IMG/VR virus record: IMGVR_UViG_3300048029_000244
Span: 1-61,607 of that record
DNA: 61,607 nucleotides
Source: a virus
Lineage: Duplodnaviria; Caudoviricetes
Strand: one strand, 5' to 3'
The notes under the pieces were generated by a model, which made no database searches, was not told the DNA's origin, and saw nothing but the letters and a program-made list of their open reading frames with translations. The position numbers and the translations under genes were made by a program. Below are positions 49,301-57,279 of this stretch, in pieces. Position 1 is the stretch's first letter; every line of letters begins with the position of its first letter.

Positions 49301-51873
49301 TTACATCTAGCAATAGAAATTTAATCAACGCATTGTTTACAGCTGTAAATAGACCAGACGGCACTATAGCAGAGTATACATTAGACAATGATAAAATTAA
49401 AGGTTTATTAGACTTAGGTGTAGATGCTATGCCGCTTATCATAGAAGATGAGCTGCACTATATAGATTTAAAGACTATAGGTACAGATCCTAAAAATTCT
49501 ATAAAAAAAAAGACTAATTTAATAGAGCCTGATACTAATGTAGACGAATCTGCACGTTTAATATTAGAAAATCAACAAAAAAATATTAGTCAAGGTAAAG
49601 TAATGAGAAGAAAAACTATTTCTGACTCATCATTACTGTCCTATAATCCTAGAATGACTCTTGAAGATTATGCTATAGCAAGAAATGTAGATGTAAATTT
49701 ATTGTCTAATGACAGCGTAAATGCAGAGTTAAAAAAACAGCACAACAAAATGTCTAGGTCAAAAGACTATATAAACTCTTTTTTAAAAAACATTTATTCT
49801 AATTTAAACAACTATAGTAAAGACGAATTAATGCGTCTTGCTACAGATATATCCTCTGAGTATGAAATAGAAGAGTTGGCTAAACAAGCTATAGTTAAAG
49901 AAATAAGTATAGTATTGGCTCAAAAAGCTAGAGACGAACAAATAGCTTTAAATCCAGAAGGTTACGAAAAGTATGATGAAAAAGATGTAAGCTTTTTAAA
50001 AAAATGGTTAATGTCTAATGACGTAGACACAAACAATCCTGATGTACAAGCTATGACAAGAATTATTGAAAAGGAATATTTTTTGTTTACGCAGGAATAC
50101 AATAAAGAAGCTAGACCTATAAAAGAAATAGCTAAGAAATTAAAGTCTAAAGCACGTAAAGATTTAGGTTTAGTTAAGTATTTGAGGTTGTGGACTTTAG
50201 GAAAATTAAATGCGCATGTATATAGAAATATATATCAAACTGTAAAAGAAGGTGAAAATGAATATGTAGTTTTGAAAAAAGAAACTACAGGATTAACTAA
50301 TCTAGAAAAACAATTTCACGCAGAATTTACAAGAGTTATGGAGATACATCAAAGTAATTACAAAGGAGAAATACCATATCAAGCTATTAACATGAACGAA
50401 TCTTTTTCTAAACAAGGTTTGTATGGATTGTATTTATCTAGTGAAGGTATGGAGTCACATTTAAATTCTGTGCCAGTGTACGCTGTAAATCCTATGACTG
50501 GCAACAGAGAACAAAAAACATTTGTAGAATGGAAAGAATTATATTCTAATAAAGATGTAAATAAAAATAATTTTAAAAATTTACAAAACTTTAGGTCAAT
50601 TAAATCAAAAGCTATTGAGTTGGCAAAAAAAGGTATAGATGAAGATGGAAGGCAAATTGCATTCGATCAATCATATATAAAAATGTTGTTAGGAACGCAA
50701 GAGACATCAGGACATATTAATATGAAAAATATTAATTTAAAAGAATTTGCGTCTTTAGACCTAGAGTCTATAGCTTTAAAAACATTAAGAAGCAATATGT
50801 TTAAATACGGTACAAAAAACATAGGTGGTAAGTTTGAAGGTTTTGACAAGTTAGGCGTATTGATAGATGGAATTATAGAGTATAATGACATAAATCCTAA
50901 CATAAAAGAATGGGTAGAAACAATATACAAAGGCTATATTAAAGAAGGTAAGATGCCACAAGGTAAGCTAGGTAAGTTTGGTAAAGCGCTAGATGCGTTT
51001 GTATTATTTACTACATTAAAAGTTTTAGGGCCTTGGAATATTATGATTCCTATAAGCAATATAGCAATAGGTAAATATCAACAGCTAAGAGCAACAGGAA
51101 TGAAGCAATTTTTAAAAGGTGAGTCTAGATTTATAAATCCTGCTAACTATAAAAAGAACGCAGCTATTATAAGAAATTTTGTAGGTTTTGATTTATCTAT
51201 GTATGAATCATTTTATACAATGAAAGAAAAAACACCTTTTGATCAAATAGCAGACTTAATTATGTTGCCTATGGAGCAGTCTGAAAAATACATACAAGGA
51301 GCAGGGTTTTTGAGTTATTTGACAAAAGAAGAATACGACAATATAACTACAGACGAAAATGGGCATGTTAAATATATAGACGAAACAAAAGCATTAAGTC
51401 CAGAAAGAATAGCTGAAATTATGGAAAATGTAAGACGCGAGCAAGGTAAAGGATACAATATAACTAATCAAAGGTTAACAGGTATGTATGCTACTAGTAG
51501 ATTGTTATTTCAATTTAAAAAGTACATTCCAACTTTAGTAACAGAAAGATTTGGTAAAGATAGATTGGATAGATTTGGCAGAAATGTTATAGGCAGTAAT
51601 ACGGCTGTTGCCAAACTATTTACATCATATTTAAAAGGCGAAATAAAATTATCAGACTTAGATAAACAGCCAGAACATATTAAATACGGTATAAGAAAAT
51701 TAAGAAACGGTATATTTTTTAGTTTAGCTATAGCTGCTATGGCTGGATGGGACGAAGAAGATGATTGGATGGACAAGCTATCAAAAGACACAAGACTTTT
51801 ATATGATACTTCTAAATACAAATATAGACTGACACCATCAGCATATTGGAATATGAAGTCTATTATAAACTAA
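40399..51873 (+). CDS. Giant virion-associated RNA polymerase polyprotein (with a zincin-like domain)
   Basis: RxP (TRVP) then GSDKDGD (47488-47502); D..KR, KTVY, YLKH and SSVK motifs; HEFGH (43504-43518) plus downstream EE..A. Confidence 0.85.
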   Translation: MPNNFLDGLEQPQSTQKSQQNFDQIAQQQNEVIKRASESVAEQQRFGSTGMVQPDSFAADTRDIFMSGAEKTKRSLVAGTGDVMEQVIDLTQLAYNYATPLGMAEQALGLDFSKNIFDWVEENTAGQLQEYGVKYRKPGTEDFKWSDLGTADFWTTDFARQMPNLLTMMAGGMGLAKGAGNLMTRMASKSLAKKSGKLTTDMLTKTSAGSQFGGKGLGKLFTKGPKGVALTNQGKAVAGLGGGAGMNIVDGAIVSGMAYDRALDEFGTDEEGRRLAGQIAGNIFVDNSKWIAVDAVSWSFTFGGGSKLLLPKAVQKMNQSKSTFGKRVKNILINSGVGATAGASIAGAATLGEEGMSDSMLKGAAVGLGAGLLPGRSGARASVLIAPEGIEEMFQETYQEWIEKKALNEARGEEEKTPTYWDFYSSDKARRTKAVSLFSGMTGATISRYTNLINDVAERSFQNDQRIDSITRSMNRLNVDETYEKSDAIREAVREAVKYDNQESLKSWLNEEAAKDNGSVDERFRDEMMSLIDNMTSIKEKIGTNVDFTTSEERVLFEEHSLMAMREDDYNNQKSIYESNLAELQADIDKINRSRQTDKNKKNAIKNINTLIEVENEKFAQLENNYNALQNESQSNINDFTTKALEKAKNRNKVNKENFVSLVNKAAAKSKSIAKKFVASFNEMKTAYAEATSQAKQQQVLDEQGNPVLDEQGKPVMEQAPEDMSDNRYNTFVDNIVKEIKIGAENELEGFTDEEIKSIAINALTKAGITNETSLDNLPDNFDVKLEEIVDNEIKLLTEEKKKNQPSLFQKIKTKTKEVVDSVKDKITTKKEDIETGRKVDAQTATEQKVSKEEKPTPKESIKKKADNKDLRIIKKLEDQIAELKLKEKLTDIEQKVLNKTKKALESILSRIERSKIDEDKKIVDPKKILKDKKKDAKRKNEYKTAWYNPMRILEKRKLKAKRDKEIKLAQDEYQEYVKKNKPSYIYAMRDAKTPQQSIQIASDISSLFGQGTLGSVLGGVIYGKVNPDLYNTIKHEFGHVLWPALEGLPIKDSLIKLIAQDKTAFKKVAQMYPENILFDTSEGPMLIEEMLSNVEMIKQLLNHDITLEADIKALQDKMASGQIYSAEVNLIIDKIKSLQSIVPAAIENQEVIQEEIFAQMLEMDDVTLENIITSDVKTTKSYKRKTKIALEKLEAITKKSNEEQDKEILKSLDDEYRKAQGEGINTFLEIFKAQSEKRRKKTPIEKASRRVMRQKSKGFVRDINIISEIAANLNRQVSDAVAENTQRYNVLLEESVNELQAINNPTQEQISEILEAKALEFTMYDESELSNINIGEDFEKAIAGKLLGDITILGVFGDSIITEKLKEADIINEKSQRIPFAFEEELDQYIESNDNPLVQNERSSASKLIEAFAQFAYSRTGRAKIATKEKFAEFTKKSPSLLRQNLRRELHKSIKHNGDIVSFNEFLQNLKESKSLEVKLFNEFIELEFFELTQAPYGSEQFFTSVARSIYHEASSNVVENRDILFYQEEDSRFDFVFNLSELESFYSEALINENVFYDTNEFVNALDNNSTIHDAIKFLKRKGIINDNIYKSYIDENAIMNTKSIVVDGKMMSIKDAVKYYPANKAALLKQLASSSIIASRDLNQTTLVEMAKLNTRTSLLNKTSALYENFDSILKYLQDPTRPTNDKIKTLANSSVFSLLLKKGITPIISATSGAEVTKAEGYKFGSSYVNMTSEEMFISDVLRYISQDESYQMPIMVFEGKSRRYNVTVPKYKSLHKKNGAFDEVFVIKSLAKEISKARYKNGKGDKVSRLFKKPGSGKTIIEQITDKKVLDEYVNQLKEQIKTHPYILKNLIESGKIKSDTKKLPRKLLEEMVVSNALNKYSAQKSLVADHAERKDAIDYVKRSAMAIARRRPIFDELEVIVTPDIYYNPNAEPGLQYINEPKEGYSIVDDSQSWILPEDKKLADENAGLGNEYGSVLKTVYSGKDTRSQSLDSGDLYLKHNTVVLSDAIVEEAIKSGNVTLAKLRAVMRSRKNHIAGNFSKNVPVIAMSQSSVKSDINNFFVKTLNVDDVRVNMSDIISTFNDSKYNALELELLLTENVSTDLINVGREKPIKQISLEEFNKTMDDRYVVDGLYRGLDGKKFGIQNILESKRNEESSTVPIQLLSNILQALPEDMKSVGLEVTQLYTEAVALSQQEVLDSIEKELSEYIDPKWAGNPLSYLVQSGNVNLPSVQSKLMEVISKSVILGSTKFRSPGGIAFETSPVGIPLASRVKTKTLKSAYGLGTEIFTLPDNLTVSEIILPAAMSKNFKKGDIVTATRVPADKLAMTQTFVIKEFLDEDAGQVTMIPPAVSAILGSDKDGDSLFIDGKYAEPKTDSQKAYNRFHNKLTDFLSDPNMDEITSKSLEGIEDFLNIKDPRLSTDILSPVFDKQSAQNNVDIRNILGVAIIALRDTNYLSFYNASLLGSVTLENSTENKFEDSVNGAEVEFVSKLVNLILDNAKYQRVFSLGINSLVIKDAIILSRLGFDYETVLEFLNKEEVVRMYKYSNRANILKSVDPKHGHYEPAFLSWLEGKKNMDAYEYINDNDPKNIESLKQEYYGSVKPLHKTDAYRKKKALSKLDQKLVSEKGSLFNLLSKDTPKSTEVNLSIIRMLSDVKNDISSFSDILNVYNTNPQSVLEIKARQENYEKSKNFPLGLILPESLQNDPILNNRLNALVALEEKYESTNSFSNKSINKLYEAFSKIFNFDKGYKSKSMSMYVENTIMDKALSSVINTNATEFMLSDILNKLKDVQQTKLDIDSVFFLLVNISEDSMFINQDIVSRATDQESLAEMREMLLEELKDITIDVQSSATSPMQTMSVYEALATYEYNKTNKMNEKSRLRFSDNMLALFDPKFVKSINNALSIENVTKLSKFNRESLLDLAEQNTSSVVRLYQSEITDNINDNTIYLKDNKLTIPYSKFTSSNRNLINALFTAVNRPDGTIAEYTLDNDKIKGLLDLGVDAMPLIIEDELHYIDLKTIGTDPKNSIKKKTNLIEPDTNVDESARLILENQQKNISQGKVMRRKTISDSSLLSYNPRMTLEDYAIARNVDVNLLSNDSVNAELKKQHNKMSRSKDYINSFLKNIYSNLNNYSKDELMRLATDISSEYEIEELAKQAIVKEISIVLAQKARDEQIALNPEGYEKYDEKDVSFLKKWLMSNDVDTNNPDVQAMTRIIEKEYFLFTQEYNKEARPIKEIAKKLKSKARKDLGLVKYLRLWTLGKLNAHVYRNIYQTVKEGENEYVVLKKETTGLTNLEKQFHAEFTRVMEIHQSNYKGEIPYQAINMNESFSKQGLYGLYLSSEGMESHLNSVPVYAVNPMTGNREQKTFVEWKELYSNKDVNKNNFKNLQNFRSIKSKAIELAKKGIDEDGRQIAFDQSYIKMLLGTQETSGHINMKNINLKEFASLDLESIALKTLRSNMFKYGTKNIGGKFEGFDKLGVLIDGIIEYNDINPNIKEWVETIYKGYIKEGKMPQGKLGKFGKALDAFVLFTTLKVLGPWNIMIPISNIAIGKYQQLRATGMKQFLKGESRFINPANYKKNAAIIRNFVGFDLSMYESFYTMKEKTPFDQIADLIMLPMEQSEKYIQGAGFLSYLTKEEYDNITTDENGHVKYIDETKALSPERIAEIMENVRREQGKGYNITNQRLTGMYATSRLLFQFKKYIPTLVTERFGKDRLDRFGRNVIGSNTAVAKLFTSYLKGEIKLSDLDKQPEHIKYGIRKLRNGIFFSLAIAAMAGWDEEDDWMDKLSKDTRLLYDTSKYKYRLTPSAYWNMKSIIN

Positions 51874-51880
51874 TTTTTAC

Positions 51881-51888
51881 TAACTTTG
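51881..51888 (+). promoter_or_regulatory. TAnnTTTG promoter for the fibre operon
   Basis: TAACTTTG in the intergenic gap, 25 nt before ATG 51914. Confidence 0.7.
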
Positions 51889-51913
51889 TAATTAACTTAA
51901 AATACAATAGAAA

Positions 51914-52177
51914 ATGGCTAATATTAACGACCAATTTAACAATTCATTTGCTACACAAGGTAATAAAATTGTTACAGGAACAACAGCTGTAACAGCTACA
52001 TCTGGTACATATTTTGCTGTTCAATTCATCACAGATTGTACGCCTACTACATTTACTGTAGCTAATGGAGACGGTACATACTCTGGTATTGAATACGCAC
52101 AAGGTACTGTAGTATATGGTGATATAACAGCAATTACAGCTGGCGCTAGCGAAACATATATTTTATATAAGAAATAA
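51914..52177 (+). CDS. Head-spike base-like small beta protein (copy 1)
   Basis: 87 aa, directly precedes an MLGLG-start fibre; paralogue of 57007-57279. Confidence 0.6.
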   Translation: MANINDQFNNSFATQGNKIVTGTTAVTATSGTYFAVQFITDCTPTTFTVANGDGTYSGIEYAQGTVVYGDITAITAGASETYILYKK

Positions 52178-54771
52178 TGTTAGGATTAGGAATAAGTAAG
52201 TCTGCTCAGGGTGTAAAGTCTGGCATTGCAAAACTATTAAATAGTTTAAAAAGACGTGCAGAGTATTTTGAAAATAAAAATGACTCTAAGTCTGAAATAA
52301 AAGTTTTAAAAGACTACGAGCTATTAGACAAAGCTACTATACTACTTACTCCTACTGCAACAAGTGATGCAAGGGTACACTCTGCAAAGACTTATACAGG
52401 TGAAAACGTTTTAACAGGAAATAACTCTACATTTGATAGTGGCATTGGTGATTGGCAAGCTTATAATGGAGCGGCTGGAGCGAGTGTAGCTCATAGTACA
52501 GACAAGTTAGAAGTAACTTTGTCATCAAGCGAAGGTGGAGCGAGAATAAATACGAGCTCTCTTTTTACAGGTAGTCAAGCAGGGAAAACTTTAAAAGTAA
52601 GAGCTAGAATTTGGAAAGGCACTTCAACACATTCTACTATTGCTATTTACGTTGGTGGTGTTCAAAAATTTGTAACTATATCTTCTACACCTACTTATTT
52701 TGAAGTATTTTTAAAGCCAACAAACACAGGCTATTTAACAATATATAGAGCAGGTACAGGTAGTACAGGCACGTATTTTATTGATGATGTATCAGTAATA
52801 GACGTATCATCAGACTTTGACTTCGATAGAGCAAGTAGTGCTACAAGAATAAACTCTGATGGTTTAGTACAAGATATGCAGAGTATTACTGACCCTGAAT
52901 TAGTACTTAATGGTGATTTTGAGGAGTTGGGTGATAATAATTTAACAGCCCCTTGGGTAGAGGGTAATGGTTGGAGTACAATTACTGATGGTATTTTTTG
53001 TGATGGTTCAGTTGATGGTGGACACACTAAAAATAATGTAGAAATGACGGACTACAATGGAAAGGCATTTTTATTAACTTATACTTTATCAAACGTAACT
53101 GATAGTAGCACATTAAAATATAAATTTGGTGGGGGTTCATTAGTTTCTATTAGTGGAACAGAAGGAACACATAGCGTATATATAACTAATGATGCTACTG
53201 TTGATAATTTTCAATTCGTTTCAACAGCAGGTTGGGCAGGTTATATAACCAATATATCTCTAAAACAAGTAGACCCTAATGATAGGTGGACTTTAGATAC
53301 AGGTTGGAGTATAGAAGATGGTGTTGCTAATTTTAATGACACAATAGCTACTACTAATGCTGTATTAAGACAGGACAACTTAACTTTAACAAATGGTAAT
53401 ACATATGAGTTAAGTTTTAATGTAAACAATACTTCAGGAACAGGAGAAATAAAATTTCAAGCAACAGGTGGTGGTTCTGATGGTCTGGGGGGTTACCAGG
53501 TATATAGCGGTGTAAATACTTTATATTTTACTCCAACAGCAAATAGAACTACACTTAAAATATTTGGTAGAGATACATACGGTAGTTTTACAATAGACAA
53601 CGTTTCATTAAAAGACATTACATTTAGTACAGATGTAGATTTAGCTAGAATAAACTATGATAGTAATGGAGAGAATGGTCATATATTGTTAGAGCCTACT
53701 TCTACTAATCTTGTTGCTTATAGTGAGGATTTTAGTCAGTGGAGTAATGTATATGCCGCACTAACACCAAATCAATCTAGTCCTGATGGTTCTAATAATG
53801 CTTATATAATAGAAGATGATAGTGCTGTTGCTTATAGAAAAGTTGATGAAACTATAACAACCAATGCTACGCCGCATACTTTTTCTGTGTTTATTAAAAA
53901 GAAAACAAGTTCAGTAAATTCCTATAGCGGAATACAAATGGGAATGGGGTTTTCTTATATAGTATTTGACAGCTTTAATGGAACATACTATGAACACGAC
54001 AACACCAACTATGATAATGTTGAAGTGCAGGATTTTAATTCTAATTGGTGGAGGTTAAAACTAACTGCTACTGTAACAACATCAACTAGAATAGCTTTAT
54101 GGGGCGCAATATCTTCGTCAGCTACAAATATTAACAATGGAGCAACGGGTAGTGAAATATTTTATGGCGCACAACTCGAAGAACTACCCTACGCTACATC
54201 GTACATACCGAATCACGGAACAGCAGTAGGTGTTACAAGAGCGGCAGAAACACTAACAGGTAGTGGTAATAGTACATTGATAAACACTACGGAAGGAACT
54301 TTATATTTAGAATCTAAACTTGGTAGCTTAACAGGAACTAAGCTTTTTTCTATTGGTGGCGGTACAAATAATGCTGACCCTGCTGTTATAATGGGTTATA
54401 GTTCTCAAAATATGTATATAGATATACAAGATGGAGGCTCTTTAATATCTACACCATCTGACAAAACTATAAGCGGAATTAATACTAGTTCATATAATAA
54501 AATGGCAATAAAGTACACTACAACTAATGTTACGGTTTACTTGAATGGCGTTAAAAAACATACGGAAACTATTGATTTTACTCCTGATACAAATGTAATT
54601 AAATCGTTATATGGTGGTTATTCAGCTGGCAGTAAGTTTGAAGGTGCGGTCAAAGCACTAGCAGTATTTAATGAAGCACTAACAGATGACGAACTAGAAT
54701 TACTAACAGGTGTAACTAATTATGGTTCATTTAGTGAACTAGCATCAGCTAACGGATATACAATAATATAA
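52177..54771 (+). CDS. Head spike/fibre protein with CBM-like inserts and a LamG-like C-terminus
   Basis: MLGLG start; F.RAS.AT, LLEP.STNL, GAQLEE...TSYIP...TRAA; LVLNGDFEE...IDNVSL. Confidence 0.75.
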   Translation: MLGLGISKSAQGVKSGIAKLLNSLKRRAEYFENKNDSKSEIKVLKDYELLDKATILLTPTATSDARVHSAKTYTGENVLTGNNSTFDSGIGDWQAYNGAAGASVAHSTDKLEVTLSSSEGGARINTSSLFTGSQAGKTLKVRARIWKGTSTHSTIAIYVGGVQKFVTISSTPTYFEVFLKPTNTGYLTIYRAGTGSTGTYFIDDVSVIDVSSDFDFDRASSATRINSDGLVQDMQSITDPELVLNGDFEELGDNNLTAPWVEGNGWSTITDGIFCDGSVDGGHTKNNVEMTDYNGKAFLLTYTLSNVTDSSTLKYKFGGGSLVSISGTEGTHSVYITNDATVDNFQFVSTAGWAGYITNISLKQVDPNDRWTLDTGWSIEDGVANFNDTIATTNAVLRQDNLTLTNGNTYELSFNVNNTSGTGEIKFQATGGGSDGLGGYQVYSGVNTLYFTPTANRTTLKIFGRDTYGSFTIDNVSLKDITFSTDVDLARINYDSNGENGHILLEPTSTNLVAYSEDFSQWSNVYAALTPNQSSPDGSNNAYIIEDDSAVAYRKVDETITTNATPHTFSVFIKKKTSSVNSYSGIQMGMGFSYIVFDSFNGTYYEHDNTNYDNVEVQDFNSNWWRLKLTATVTTSTRIALWGAISSSATNINNGATGSEIFYGAQLEELPYATSYIPNHGTAVGVTRAAETLTGSGNSTLINTTEGTLYLESKLGSLTGTKLFSIGGGTNNADPAVIMGYSSQNMYIDIQDGGSLISTPSDKTISGINTSSYNKMAIKYTTTNVTVYLNGVKKHTETIDFTPDTNVIKSLYGGYSAGSKFEGAVKALAVFNEALTDDELELLTGVTNYGSFSELASANGYTII

Positions 54772-56390
54772 TGGGAAAAGGTATAGTAAAATTAGGTGAA
54801 GGCCAATGGGCAGTTAAAGATGGTAATCTATTGGCTGCTAAAGAAACTAATGGTAGATTTAAGAATGCAGAGTTTACTGTCACTAGAGGTACAGATGCTA
54901 CTTATGTAGGTAAAGATGGTTTGATAAAGACAACACCGAGCTTTTATAACCTACTTGATTATAGTGAAGATTTTAGTGAGTGGACTACAACGGGAACCGC
55001 AAACGTAACGCCAAATACATCAATAGCACCTAATGGAACACAAACAGCAAGTACATTAAATATAGTTGATTCAACTTATTTTTACAAATCAATATCAACG
55101 GGTTCGGGGACTTTCACTCTTAGCTGTTATGTTAAAGTTTCAAGTGGTACAAATGATTTTAAAATGCAAAGTTTTAGTGGAACAGATGGGGCTAATACAA
55201 GTAGCGTGTTTACTGCTACGACGGAATGGCAAAGGTTTGAACATACTGTTACTGTGTCTGTTGATTCTAATTTTTATCCCGTATTTATTTCATCGCCTTT
55301 AACGGGTGGAGATTTTCAAATATGGGGCGCACAATTAGTAGAAGGAACAGAAGCATTAGACTATCAATACACTAATGGTAAAGAAGGAATACCTCGTATA
55401 GACTTTACAAATAACCCTGATGGTCATTTATTACTTGAACCTGAGAGTAGAAATCTTTTCGATTATAGTGAGGATTTTGAACCTCCAAAATGGAATAAAA
55501 GCCAGAGTGAATTACTGTATGGTTTTCAATCGCCAACAGGTTTAAATACTGCAACAAAAATTACAGCGACAGGTGCAGACCCATATGTATATAAATCTGT
55601 AAACGTTACGCAAAATCAAACATATACTTTTAGCGTTTACTGCAAAGGTGAAGGGTCTTCTGTAGAAAAAACTGCTAGAGTTTTATTTTGGTACGGTTTG
55701 GGAACAGCCGCGGGGGCTACAATAAGCCATGAATTTAACTTAACTAGTGGCTGGGAGCGAGTACAATTTCAAACAACTCCAACAGGGTCAGGAACATTGT
55801 TTTTTAGAGTAGATATTCCTGCCAACTCATCTGAAGTAGGTGATGTTGCTTACATTTGGGGCGCTCAAGTAGAAGAACTATCCTACCCAACTTCTTACAT
55901 ACCTACTAATGGTTCACAAGTAACTAGAGATGCAGAAATAGTGTCAAGAGAAAGTATAGATGAGATTGACATACCACAAGAAGAAGGCACAATTTATTTA
56001 GAGCTAGAAGGGTATGAAAAAAATACAGAGATATTTAATTTTGATAGAAGTACATCTAACTCTATTCACGTTGGTACAGACAACGACGGAGCGCTAAAAG
56101 TTTGGGGTTATTATGAGCCAAGCGGTACAGGAACTGTTGCTTCAGCTTTGCTAAACAATAACACAAAAAAAGTTGCTATTGCTTTTAAAAACGGAAGTTT
56201 TATAGTGTATGCTGATGGAGAAGAAGAATTAAACACATCTACTTTTGTTTGGACCCCTACTGATTCTATAGATAGACTATACTTTAATCGAGGTGGTTAT
56301 ATAGCGTCACAAGGTTTGTCTAAAGTAAAAGCATTAAGAATATATAAAGAAGCGTTTAACACCACTCAATTAGATGAGTTAACAAGTTAA
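54771..56390 (+). CDS. Head fibre paralogue (same repeat domain, LamG-like end)
   Basis: FTVTRGTDAT, LLLEPESRNL, WGAQVEE...TSYIPT...TRDA. Confidence 0.75.
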   Translation: MGKGIVKLGEGQWAVKDGNLLAAKETNGRFKNAEFTVTRGTDATYVGKDGLIKTTPSFYNLLDYSEDFSEWTTTGTANVTPNTSIAPNGTQTASTLNIVDSTYFYKSISTGSGTFTLSCYVKVSSGTNDFKMQSFSGTDGANTSSVFTATTEWQRFEHTVTVSVDSNFYPVFISSPLTGGDFQIWGAQLVEGTEALDYQYTNGKEGIPRIDFTNNPDGHLLLEPESRNLFDYSEDFEPPKWNKSQSELLYGFQSPTGLNTATKITATGADPYVYKSVNVTQNQTYTFSVYCKGEGSSVEKTARVLFWYGLGTAAGATISHEFNLTSGWERVQFQTTPTGSGTLFFRVDIPANSSEVGDVAYIWGAQVEELSYPTSYIPTNGSQVTRDAEIVSRESIDEIDIPQEEGTIYLELEGYEKNTEIFNFDRSTSNSIHVGTDNDGALKVWGYYEPSGTGTVASALLNNNTKKVAIAFKNGSFIVYADGEEELNTSTFVWTPTDSIDRLYFNRGGYIASQGLSKVKALRIYKEAFNTTQLDELTS

Positions 56391-56392
56391 TT

Positions 56393-56758
56393 ATGAATAA
56401 AATAGGAAAATACGAATTTAATAGTTCAGTACAAGCAGATGATATGATAGCTGCTTTAGGAACAACAACAACAGAATTAGGTGATGTAGTGCCTTCGCAC
56501 AATCATTGTGTAGTTAGACTTGGCTATATTGTTTTAGAGCAAGGTGAGTATAACGAAAGTGGTGAGCAAACAAAAGCACCTGTACTATCTGATAAATACC
56601 ACGTAGATGTATTGTGGAAAGGCTTAGAGCCTGTTGATGCAGAAGCAGAGGTTTTATCTTATGTAGAGCCTAGTGGCTGGTCAGACTTTAGAATAGACTT
56701 AGAAGGCAATGGTGTGCATTCGTTTATGGGTCTAAATTATGTAGATTATAAATTTTAA
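56393..56758 (+). CDS. Fibre-associated hypothetical protein
   Basis: YHVDVLW, GVHSF.G motifs; follows the fibre genes. Confidence 0.55.
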   Translation: MNKIGKYEFNSSVQADDMIAALGTTTTELGDVVPSHNHCVVRLGYIVLEQGEYNESGEQTKAPVLSDKYHVDVLWKGLEPVDAEAEVLSYVEPSGWSDFRIDLEGNGVHSFMGLNYVDYKF

Positions 56759-56763
56759 ATATT

Positions 56764-57003
56764 ATGAGTAAGGAAACAAAATTAACAGAAGAAGAGTTAA
56801 AAGAATTACAAGAAGTAATTTCTACGTCTAACAAAATTAAATTAGAACTAGGAAGCATAGAAACACAAAAGCATTATTTGTTACATGAGCATGCATCAGT
56901 AATAGATAAAATGAATGATGTGCAAGCCAAACTAGAAGAAAAGTATGGCAAAATGAATGTAGATATAAATACAGGAGATATATCTTATGTAGAAGAAGAA
57001 TAA
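56764..57003 (+). CDS. Small coiled-coil protein (fibre chaperone-like)
   Basis: EEL..LQ...LEEKYG..+D+.TG. Confidence 0.55.
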   Translation: MSKETKLTEEELKELQEVISTSNKIKLELGSIETQKHYLLHEHASVIDKMNDVQAKLEEKYGKMNVDINTGDISYVEEE

Positions 57004-57006
57004 ACT

Positions 57007-57279
57007 ATGGCAAATATTAATGATCATTTTAATCAATCTTTTGCTAGACAAGGCACTAAACTTGTATCTGGTACATCTATAACCAATATTCCAGCAGGAA
57101 CATATATGGCTGTACAGTTTATTACAAAGTCTACGCCTACTACACTTAAAACACATTACGAACCAGGAGTACAATATACAACAACATATGCGCAGGGCAT
57201 GATATTATATATAGACGTGTCTGATATAAGTCTTCCTTCAGGTGAAAAAGCAATTCTTTATAAAAGAGTTCCATGCTAG
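57007..57279 (+). CDS. Head-spike base-like small beta protein (copy 2)
   Basis: MANINDHFNQSFARQG versus MANINDQFNNSFATQG; AVQFIT, YAQG and ILYK shared. Confidence 0.65.
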   Translation: MANINDHFNQSFARQGTKLVSGTSITNIPAGTYMAVQFITKSTPTTLKTHYEPGVQYTTTYAQGMILYIDVSDISLPSGEKAILYKRVPC

